Shown here piece after piece: positions 29,327 to 37,939 of a stretch of DNA of 64,000 nt. Position 1 is the stretch's first letter; the number at the start of each line of letters is the position of its first letter. The translations under genes were made by a program, and so were the position numbers. The stretch is from Candidatus Poribacteria bacterium (GTDB lineage: Bacteria; Poribacteria; WGA-4E; WGA-3G). Where the stretch lies: contig CBDBFU010000029.1 of NCBI GenBank assembly GCA_965205025.1, positions 11,299 through 75,298 on the forward strand, given 5' to 3'. The notes under the pieces are model-generated. The model made no database searches, was not told the origin of the DNA, and saw nothing but the letters and a program-made list of their open reading frames with translations.

Positions 29327-30388
29327 TCAGGAAATGACAACTGTATTTCGCTCTGAGCGGAGTGCAGCTTCATAAACCTTCATAACCTCTAATGCGAACT
29401 CAAGCGAACCTTTTTCGGCAGGTTTACCTTCTAAGATACAATCACAGAAATATCGCATTTCTTGATAGAATCCTTGAATAAATAGACCCTTGTTTTCCAG
29501 TGACCCAAGTGAGAATTGAGGTTCCCATACTATTGCTCCACTATCAAATCCTTTCGTCATAAAACTTGTACCGCCCGAATAATCGTACTGCATACCACGT
29601 TGTAATAGAACTTGTGTGCCATTTCTAATTTCTGCATGGCATCCATTACCGAAGAATTGGTATAGTTCTGAAGGTTGTCCATGTCTTGCTCCATCGGCAA
29701 GATGAAAATTACCGAGAACTCCATTGGCAAATTCTATGATACACACCCCACCACCGTGTTGACTTCTGTGAACTGTTACAGACGAAACCTTGCCACCGAC
29801 AGCCAATAAAAGTGATAATGGATGCACACCATTCTGTAGCCAGTTCGTATGTTTACCTTCACGGATAATACGTTCACCATCACTTGGGATGATCATTGGG
29901 TAAACTCCCAACATTGTTCGTAATGGACGGTATTGCTCTGTTTGAAAAATCTCAACAATCTTTTCGGTTGCCGGCATAAATGCCTTCTTGAAACCTACAA
30001 CTACAACCCTATCCTTTTGATGGTGGATCATCTCCTCAATTTCACTTGCAAACATTCCTGGCGGTTTTTCTAACCACACATGTAGACCAGCATCAAGTGC
30101 TTCACACGTCAGTTCTGGGTGTAATCTTGGTGGTACACAGAGAAAAATAGCATCTAAGTCTTCATTTTGAAACATCTCTGCCATGTTGTCATAGCATGCT
30201 TTTACTCCGTATTGCTGTGCAGTAAGTTTGGCACGGTCAATATTTACATCACAGAATGCTTGTAACTTTACAGGAAGAAAGGTCATTGTTGGTAGAACAT
30301 TGCGGTATGCATGGGAACCAACACCAACGACTGCAACGTTTAACCTTTTTTCAAAATCTCTCTGGTAACTCATACTATAGTTGAACAA
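29327..30388 (-). CDS. Gfo/Idh/MocA family oxidoreductase
   Basis: VGVGSH, DAIF.C.P...H, HVWLEKP and NGVH motifs. Confidence 0.9.
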   Translation of the reverse strand: MFNYSMSYQRDFEKRLNVAVVGVGSHAYRNVLPTMTFLPVKLQAFCDVNIDRAKLTAQQYGVKACYDNMAEMFQNEDLDAIFLCVPPRLHPELTCEALDAGLHVWLEKPPGMFASEIEEMIHHQKDRVVVVGFKKAFMPATEKIVEIFQTEQYRPLRTMLGVYPMIIPSDGERIIREGKHTNWLQNGVHPLSLLLAVGGKVSSVTVHRSQHGGGVCIIEFANGVLGNFHLADGARHGQPSELYQFFGNGCHAEIRNGTQVLLQRGMQYDYSGGTSFMTKGFDSGAIVWEPQFSLGSLENKGLFIQGFYQEMRYFCDCILEGKPAEKGSLEFALEVMKVYEAALRSERNTVVIS

Positions 30389-30449
30389 TTTTCAGATATT
30401 TTAGGTTGATCTAATACTAAAGCAGATGCTTGAATCAAAAAAATATCAA

Positions 30450-30524
30450 TACACATTTCGCCCCGCTGGGGCTTGGTTGTGGGCTTTATCCGTTTTCTAC
30501 AAACATTTCGCCCCGCTGGGGCTT
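30450..30524. repeat. Two family C hairpins
   Basis: ACATTTCGCCCCGCTGGGGCTT present twice. Confidence 0.8.
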
Positions 30525-30572
30525 CTATTATTTTACATTGAAATATTTTCTTTGAGTAAATTCTGTGTGTAT

Positions 30573-30716
30573 ATGAAGATTAAAATAATAATTCGGTAAT
30601 GTGTTAGAAATTCGAATCAACGGTATGAATGCTATTTAGCATTCCCCGTGGTTAGGAAACCGAACCTACCAAGTTTGGGAAAATGGGAATTACCGAATTT
30701 AAAACTTAATCCTCAT
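30573..30716. mobile_element. Family A MITE, copy 6, containing a family B element (30614-30647)
   Basis: Ends match copy 1; splits hairpin TTCTGTGTGTAT|TTACACACAGAA. Confidence 0.85.
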
Positions 30717-30800
30717 TTACACACAGAAATATAACTATACTTGAAAGTATAACATGTTAGTGGCTTAAACTATCCAAATTATAGTAACTCATACAGTTTT

Positions 30801-32294
30801 TTAATCAGAAAGAGTTGCTTCAAGATAAGCATCCAAATCGTTTTTCATTTTCTTAAGTTCATCCATATCAATATACATCATGTGTCCAGCACCATAATAT
30901 GCCATAGTGATGTTATCTTGTAAGGACTTATCCAACCCGAGATGTGTGAAAGTGTATTCAGTAGCTAAGAATGGTGTTGCTAAATCGTAATAACCGTTAG
31001 CAACGAATACTTTTAGTGAAGGGTTTGTTGTCATTGCTTTGCGTAGTGTATCTGCAACGTTGACATAAGCATTTTGAAATCCGCTATAATCCCACGGGTG
31101 TACCCGTCCACTTAGAATTTCATAGGGTAGGTCACTTTCGAACTCAAGATCACCACGTACATAATCGTTTAGTGTAGCCGTATATGCTCCTTGTATAACA
31201 GCAGAACTTGGGTCATACTCATAAGTTTCGCCAGCAGTGTCACGGTCAATTCCAGTAAACCGACTATCAAACCGTCCCACAGTTTTTCCTTCTTCACGGA
31301 GTAATTCTTTTGTAAATCGGAAGATCTTGATCCGTAGATCAGTCTTCTCAATATATTCCGGTGATAGTCCGGTATACATAGCTAATTTCTTAACTATGGT
31401 TTGTCTTCTACGATCCGAGATGTTTGAACCCTGCATCAAAGCCAAGGTATAATCACCTAAAGCGAACTCTCTGACTTCGTTCATGATCCGTTCAAAACTG
31501 CCTTTTGATTTAGTATCTAAGTCAGTGAGTTTATTGTGCCAAAAAGCTGTAGCAGTATAAGTCGGTAGAAATAAAATATATGGCAATTCATTTCCAAGTG
31601 TAAAACTAATAGTCTGGAAGTTCAATACAACTGAAACGAGCATAATCCCGTTGAGATATGTTCCATTCTTGTCCTGGAGATAACCTGATAAACCTGATGC
31701 ACGTGTAGTGCCATAACTTTCTCCAATGAGAAATTTAGGAGAGCGCCACCGTTGATACCGTCCTAAATAGAGAAGAATAAAATTACCTACAGATTCAATA
31801 TCTTGTTGGAATCCGTGAAACTGCTTTGCTTCTTCACCGGGTACAGCGCGACTAAAACCTGTGCTTACTGGGTCAATAAATACCAGATCTGTTTTATCTA
31901 AAATAGAAAATTCGTTGTTAGTTAATTCATAAGGAGGTTGTGGCGGATTTCCATGTTCGTCAGGTTTGACTCTCCGTGGCCCTAACACTCCCAAATGCAG
32001 CCATACAGAAGATGAACCTGGACCTCCATTGAATGAAAATGTGATTGGACGATTTGAAGCATTTTCTACATCATCTAAAGTATAGGCAATAAAGAAAATA
32101 GACGCTTTTGCTTTCTCACCCTCTTTGTCGACTTCTTTCTTTAATACAAGTGTCCCCGTGGTAGCAGTATACTTATATTCTTTATCATCAATGGTAACAC
32201 TATGATGTGTAATAGAAAGATTATCCTCTGGAATTGAGTTTTCATTATCCTCTGACTTTTTCTCTTCAGAATCTTTATTTTCTTCTTGACTCAT
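30801..32294 (-). CDS. Serine carboxypeptidase, peptidase S10 family
   Basis: FNGGPGSSS, FIDPV.TGFS, GESYG, G.YDLATP and GHMMY motifs; start reassigned to MSQEENK. Confidence 0.92.
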   Translation of the reverse strand: MSQEENKDSEEKKSEDNENSIPEDNLSITHHSVTIDDKEYKYTATTGTLVLKKEVDKEGEKAKASIFFIAYTLDDVENASNRPITFSFNGGPGSSSVWLHLGVLGPRRVKPDEHGNPPQPPYELTNNEFSILDKTDLVFIDPVSTGFSRAVPGEEAKQFHGFQQDIESVGNFILLYLGRYQRWRSPKFLIGESYGTTRASGLSGYLQDKNGTYLNGIMLVSVVLNFQTISFTLGNELPYILFLPTYTATAFWHNKLTDLDTKSKGSFERIMNEVREFALGDYTLALMQGSNISDRRRQTIVKKLAMYTGLSPEYIEKTDLRIKIFRFTKELLREEGKTVGRFDSRFTGIDRDTAGETYEYDPSSAVIQGAYTATLNDYVRGDLEFESDLPYEILSGRVHPWDYSGFQNAYVNVADTLRKAMTTNPSLKVFVANGYYDLATPFLATEYTFTHLGLDKSLQDNITMAYYGAGHMMYIDMDELKKMKNDLDAYLEATLSD

Positions 32295-32407
32295 ATATGT
32301 TTCCTTTATGTATAGATATATACTATCATCATAGCATATAATACAAAACAGGTATATAATTATGTTTGAAGCTAAGCCCCAAAAGTGGTAAACTCTAAGG
32401 AAGGAGG

Positions 32408-33461
32408 ATGACAATGGATAAACCGTTACGTTTGGGTCTAATTGGTTGTGGTGGAATAGTACAAAAGACACATGCTCGTGCTTACCACTCTCTTTCAGAT
32501 ACTATAATAGTCAGTGCCATTGCAGATGTCGTTGGAGAAAATCTACAGAAAATTGGTGAAGAATTTAACGTATCTGAGAATAAACGATATACAGATTATC
32601 GAGATATGTTGGAAGATGGTGAGATAGATGTTGTTACGATTGCCACACCACATTCACTGCATGCTGAGCAAGTGATTGAAGCAGCAAACGCTGGGGTAGC
32701 CATTATATCTGAAAAAACCTATGGCTACCTCAATGGAAGAAGCAGATGCGATTTTGGAGGCAGTAAAGAAACATAATGTCGCTTATACAGTAGTGCATAA
32801 CTATCTTTATACTGCGGGAATGCAGGCAGCAATATCAGAATTACCAAATATCGGTAAGACCTACTATGGTCGTAGTACTGGTATGGGATTAAGAGGGTCA
32901 GATTTTAATGCTAACCATCCAAATCCTGCTTTTGCATGGCGTGCCAGTAAAGCCACTGGGGGTGGCTGTGTAAGTGATTCGAGTTATCATGAGATTTATG
33001 CTGTTTGGACATTGGTGAATTCACCCGTTCGGTATGTTGAAGCACGTGTTTTAACGATGCGTCTTAACATTGATGTTGATGATTTTGCAATGTTAATGTG
33101 TGAACATGAAAATGGAGCTATATCAACAATCTCTGGTGCATGGTCAGTTCCTGCCCAGGAATACGGTTGGTGTGAAGTTCACGGTGAGAATGGATCTCTC
33201 CGTGTTAAGCATCGCTATAATGTCCGTGATGCCTACCAGAAATTTACTGGACCGACGGGTTGGAGACTGCAGGAACTTCCTGATCTTGATGATGAAGGAC
33301 TCAAAGATTCCAGTGGACATGCAGGTTATTTTAAAGCAACCTTCAATGCGCTTGCTAAAAGTACAGAACTACCAATCAGTGCTGACAAAGCGTATCATAA
33401 TCTTGCAATTATTAATGCTGCAAGAAGAGCAACGGTAGAAAGGCGTGCTATTGAGATTTAA
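32408..33461 (+). CDS. Gfo/Idh/MocA family oxidoreductase (one +1 frameshift in an A6 run near 32715)
   Basis: LGLIGCGGI and IATPH..H; removing one A restores SEKPMA and joins the two ORFs. Confidence 0.87.
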
Positions 33462-33639
33462 AGTATGCTGAATATAACACACGACATACAATGCCCAACC
33501 CATATAAGCTGAATATGATTCAATTTAGATGAATGTGCGTGGTGTTAATTCGAAAGAATAGAATTGAAGATTGTTATGAATTGAACAGAAAATAGTAGGT
33601 TTATATTAATACACACAACAACATTAAGAGGAGTAAAGA

Positions 33640-34065
33640 ATGCATATTAGTTCAATGTTTCATGTTTTTGTTTGCTTGATGATTTCTTTGGTTTTCAGTT
33701 TTCCAATGATAGGTCTTGCTCAACAAAATACTATACAACAACAGGCTATTGCAGATGCTGAGCAAGATGTTTCAACGAATGTAAATGGTAATCTTTGGTT
33801 TTTAGGTGGATGCTTTGGTAATATTACAGTGATTATAATCGCAAATGTGTTTGAACCAACTCCACCAGCATCACGACTCTTGGGTAAATCACCAGAATAT
33901 ATAGCTGTATATACAGATACCTACAGAGCAAAGGCAACGAACCTTCAAACTTCCAGAGCTCTTGCTGGTTGTCTAACTGGAACTGCTGTAGCTTGTGTTG
34001 GATACTCATTCCTTATTATTGCTGCTATCAATGAATCATCAAATTCAAACTTTTATTGGTATTAG
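33640..34065 (+). CDS. Small exported/membrane hypothetical protein
   Basis: AGAGGAG RBS; signal peptide; two Gly/Cys-containing hydrophobic segments around PTPPASRLLGKSPEY. Confidence 0.7.
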   Translation: MHISSMFHVFVCLMISLVFSFPMIGLAQQNTIQQQAIADAEQDVSTNVNGNLWFLGGCFGNITVIIIANVFEPTPPASRLLGKSPEYIAVYTDTYRAKATNLQTSRALAGCLTGTAVACVGYSFLIIAAINESSNSNFYWY

Positions 34066-34793
34066 GCTTAAATGATATCATGGCGAAACATAGAAGATTA
34101 CTTATACTCTTTCTATATTTATTTGTTCTCATACCAACGGTAATTGCCGATCAATTAGCGTCATTATCATTAGAATTTACCCGTGAGGTTACGGAACAAA
34201 AGAAGACCGAACATCTCGCTGGAATCCTCCATTATGATGTAAAAGCTGCACGAGTAATTGTTGAGGTGACAGAACCGATTCAACAGATAATGATAGTGAA
34301 AGACCGTGTATTAGAAATCTACTATCCTGTTGAAGGACTGGCATTCCGATTTATTGCTGAAGGTAGGATACCACTTCCATTCATAGAATCCATCCGTCAG
34401 TCTACACAAGCGGAATACGGATTAACCGCAATAGGGTATACTCTGGGAAAACATGAAATGGTGGATAAGATACTCTATACCCATTGGAATCCTCCTGAGA
34501 AGGCAAAAGAAGAGCTTGGAACTGTTATCTTAGGTATGTCGGATGAAAAGCTTATGACGACTGAGGTGAAACATCCGGAAGGACATATAATAGCAAAATC
34601 ACTCTATCAGAATCATAAAAAGTTTGGGAATAATTATATCCCTATGAAGGTCACCTCAAGTACATACGGCACCAAATCTGAAATCCTACTTCAGGAACAT
34701 GTTGTCTATAGCAACCCACAGACCAATACAAAAAACCCAATTCTTAGTTTTAAAATCCCTGAAACAGTATCTGTCAAGGAAGTAAAATGGTAG
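34056..34793 (+). CDS. Exported protein, LolA-like lipoprotein carrier/sorting fold (putative)
   Basis: Signal peptide; beta-rich; P..Q.MI....L.IYYP and C-terminal FKIPE.V.V reminiscent of LolA. Confidence 0.55.
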   Translation: MVLGLNDIMAKHRRLLILFLYLFVLIPTVIADQLASLSLEFTREVTEQKKTEHLAGILHYDVKAARVIVEVTEPIQQIMIVKDRVLEIYYPVEGLAFRFIAEGRIPLPFIESIRQSTQAEYGLTAIGYTLGKHEMVDKILYTHWNPPEKAKEELGTVILGMSDEKLMTTEVKHPEGHIIAKSLYQNHKKFGNNYIPMKVTSSTYGTKSEILLQEHVVYSNPQTNTKNPILSFKIPETVSVKEVKW

Positions 34794-35239
34794 AACATCG
34801 TTGGATTCTTAATAAGGTTTCTCAGATTTTTAATTCAATTTTTCCTATTCTCCTTATATCATTCATCTTATCTATACCGACTGATGCAGGAGAGATAGAG
34901 GATTTACTCTATATCCGGCAAACCAACCCTATATTGAAAGAAAACTTTGAAAAAGAAAAGAGTATTAACTTGACTAAAACATCAGAACTGAAATTAGTAG
35001 CCACTGGAATGATACGGTTATATCAGAAGTTTATTTCAAGTCAGGATGGTCCTACCTGCCAATTTGCACCTACCTGTTCCCACTTTGGGATGGCATGTAT
35101 TCATGAGTATGGAATGTTTCGCGGAATTCTCCTTGCAGCTGATAGGTTAATTCGTTGCAATGGTCAACAATCAAATTTCTATCAATTAGATTTTACAATG
35201 AATAAATATTTAGATCCGATTACTGATTATGCCAAATAG
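34787..35239 (+). CDS. yidD: Membrane protein insertion efficiency factor YidD-family protein with N-terminal extension
   Basis: IRLYQKFIS....TCQF.PTCS.FG...I..YG...G.....DRL.RC. Confidence 0.8.
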   Translation: MVEHRWILNKVSQIFNSIFPILLISFILSIPTDAGEIEDLLYIRQTNPILKENFEKEKSINLTKTSELKLVATGMIRLYQKFISSQDGPTCQFAPTCSHFGMACIHEYGMFRGILLAADRLIRCNGQQSNFYQLDFTMNKYLDPITDYAK

Positions 35240-36113
35240 ACATATTTGTGGATTATTGCTTCTAATACTTTCCATTACAAATTTCACCTATATGGCAAAT
35301 TCGGAAGATCCACCTGACTATTACAGTCCTGAGAATGTACTTAAATTCGCTAATTACCTATATGAACAAGGTGATTATCTACGGGCTGTTAATGAATATC
35401 AACGGTATCTATTTTACCAACCTGATGATTCTAATAAGATCAAATATAGAATTGCTTTATGTTATCGTTTAGGTGGAAAACCTGAACGATCCATTACAAT
35501 CTTTAAATCATTTCTTGAGAATTCAGAAAACAGTGAACTAATTAATAATTCCTATTATCAGATTGGTATATCCTATTTTCTCATGAAGCAATATGAGAAA
35601 ACTACCTCCTATCTTACCAGTTCAATTAACAACATAAAAAACGAACGGTTACGTTCTGAATCACATCAACTGATTGGACTATCTTTGTTGAAGCAGCAAA
35701 AGTGGTTAGAGGCAGAAAACAGTTTTAAAGGACTATTGAATTCTGATATATTGGAGGTGAGTAGGAAAGCAAAAATATATAATGAGTTTGCACTGGGGGG
35801 CAGACAATTACCCAATCGAAGTCCGTTATTAGCAGGACTTTTCTCCACAATACTTCCTGGTTCAGGAAGACTGTATACTGGCAGGATAGGTGATGCATTA
35901 AATAGTGTGTTTATTATCGGAATATCAGGGTGGCAGGCTTATGATGGATTCAACCGTGATGGTCTTTCATCTGTTAAAGGGTGGACACTTGGGACAATTT
36001 GTGGAATCTTTTATGTTGGAAACATCTATGGTTCAGTCATCTCAGCACGTGTATTCAATGACAGAATCGCAGATGAGTATTTAGCGACATTATATATAGA
36101 ATTACCGTATTAA
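35229..36113 (+). CDS. TPR protein with C-terminal TM2/DUF5683-like membrane domain
   Basis: Signal peptide; TPR helices; SP.LAGL.S.ILPGSG.LY.G; FY.GNIYG. Confidence 0.75.
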   Translation: MPNRHICGLLLLILSITNFTYMANSEDPPDYYSPENVLKFANYLYEQGDYLRAVNEYQRYLFYQPDDSNKIKYRIALCYRLGGKPERSITIFKSFLENSENSELINNSYYQIGISYFLMKQYEKTTSYLTSSINNIKNERLRSESHQLIGLSLLKQQKWLEAENSFKGLLNSDILEVSRKAKIYNEFALGGRQLPNRSPLLAGLFSTILPGSGRLYTGRIGDALNSVFIIGISGWQAYDGFNRDGLSSVKGWTLGTICGIFYVGNIYGSVISARVFNDRIADEYLATLYIELPY

Positions 36114-36150
36114 GATTTGATTTATTTCGAAGGTAATATGTATATTGTAA

Positions 36151-36762
36151 TTATAAATCCTCGAGCGGAAACTTCTCAGTTATTAACATGAGTGGATTCT
36201 GATTTGCAAGGATTCGGTAGGTTCGGCTTAGAAATAGTTGTCCTTCAAAATGTGCAATACTACTTGGCAATCCTGTTACTCTTTCTATTCCCCACCAGAG
36301 TAGATCTCGCCTTGTCTCTAATTGGCTATTCTGTAAGAGAGCACCTAAACCCACAATACCAGCTTCAAGTCCATCCATTACGTTTTGTGGTAAACGTTCA
36401 TAGACAATTTGTGAGACTGCATAGACATGGGTATGAGGAGTTTGATTGTTAGCAGAAGGTGTCTGTAAAACGACTTCCCGTGCTATGATCTTTCCTCCTG
36501 ACGGATGCTTTAGCCATGTGTGTTCACTTTTGAGTGTTCGTCTGCCTTGATATAGAAGTATGACATCTACAGGAGATAATTTATATGCCTCAATAAACCG
36601 CGTGACCGTACCATCAGTAATTAGTAAAGCCCGATGAAACGGAGACAATTTTGTAAGACTTATTTCCTTTAATGCATCTGGTCTTTCCGACTGTGCAATA
36701 AAAAGTTCTTTTACTTGTGTGTTAACAAAAACATCATAATTTGATAGTGATTTAATTTTCAT
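36151..36762 (-). CDS. Chorismate pyruvate-lyase family protein (DUF98/Rv2949c-like)
   Basis: RALLITDGTVT.FIEA, REV.L, G.LL....LETRR and SRTY.I.....P.M.ITE.FP motifs. Confidence 0.8.
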   Translation of the reverse strand: MKIKSLSNYDVFVNTQVKELFIAQSERPDALKEISLTKLSPFHRALLITDGTVTRFIEAYKLSPVDVILLYQGRRTLKSEHTWLKHPSGGKIIAREVVLQTPSANNQTPHTHVYAVSQIVYERLPQNVMDGLEAGIVGLGALLQNSQLETRRDLLWWGIERVTGLPSSIAHFEGQLFLSRTYRILANQNPLMLITEKFPLEDL

Positions 36763-37089
36763 TGTAATTTTTTTAAATTAAACGACATTCCTATTTGTTT
36801 CTGATGATTTATGTCTTATATAGCATACCTTAAAACAGGCGTATGCTGCAACTTGAATAGAGTAATCTATCGGGAAATTTAGCAACAATTTTCATAATCT
36901 GAGAAACTATTGATATCTAAATAGACAATGGCAAGGTAAATATGTTCGGTAACCAACATCTACAGTATGGAATGTTGTAAGATTTATAGAGATTATGGTA
37001 GACTATGAATTGCAATTTCAACACTTTGGTCATAATGACTTATATAATTGCATACGAACTGAAAATATAGTAATAATCCAAAAAGAATT

Positions 37090-37932
37090 TTGAAACAGAT
37101 TTTAACATCTCTCATCATATATTCCTTTCTACTTTGCACCTACAATTCACAGGCGGAAGTTTCTCCTCTTGCTCTTGCTGACCATTATGCCAAATTGAAC
37201 AATTATGATGCTGCAATCACAGAGTTCAAACGGTTTCTCTTTTTTCATCCAGATGATGATAAAGTTCCTGCAATTTATCATCGTATAGGTATTCTTCATC
37301 GAAATCAAGGACTACTAACAGAAGCAATTGATTCAATCAGACAAGCTGTAATCCGTACTTCAGATAAAGACCAAAAGTCTGAGTACCAAATAGATCTTGG
37401 GGTAACCCTTATAGCTAATAAGAATTATGATCTTGCTCGTTTAGAATTAATTAAGGTGTTATTTCGTAATCCATCTGAAGCATTGTATAAACGTGCACTC
37501 CTTTTTCAAGGGGTAACTTACATTTATCAATTCCGATGGGAAGAAGCACAAGAAGCATTTAAAAATTACACACAAGATGAACAACTTGACGAATTTTTCC
37601 TGAAAACAGATAATCTTCCCTATAAATCCAAGTTAGTTGCTAAAATTCTATCTGGAATTCTTCCGGGGAGTGGACAAATCTATGCTGGAAATTGGAAGAG
37701 TGGGTTAAATGCCCTTGCTCTTAATAGTGCACTTGGATATGTAACTGTTGATAGCATTTTAGATCAGAATTATGTAGATGCTATCTTGTGGACATATTTC
37801 ATCTTCCAACGGTATTATAAAGGGAATTTATATCGAGCAGGTAGAGCAGTGGATGAATATAATGGTGAAGTGAATCGTAGTTATGCTGATAGTATCCTGA
37901 CCCGACTTCAAGAGATTACAACCTCACATTGA
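37090..37932 (+). CDS. TPR protein with C-terminal membrane domain, paralog of 35229
   Basis: Signal peptide; A..EFKRFLFF.P; KS...A.ILS.ILPGSGQIYAG; YY.GNLY. Confidence 0.75.
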   Translation: MKQILTSLIIYSFLLCTYNSQAEVSPLALADHYAKLNNYDAAITEFKRFLFFHPDDDKVPAIYHRIGILHRNQGLLTEAIDSIRQAVIRTSDKDQKSEYQIDLGVTLIANKNYDLARLELIKVLFRNPSEALYKRALLFQGVTYIYQFRWEEAQEAFKNYTQDEQLDEFFLKTDNLPYKSKLVAKILSGILPGSGQIYAGNWKSGLNALALNSALGYVTVDSILDQNYVDAILWTYFIFQRYYKGNLYRAGRAVDEYNGEVNRSYADSILTRLQEITTSH

Positions 37933-37939
37933 CCTATAT

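Noticed and set aside
32295-32471. N-terminal extension of the S10 peptidase ORF
   Set aside because: Overlaps the divergent Gfo gene and its promoter region; AAGGA RBS supports the start at 32294.
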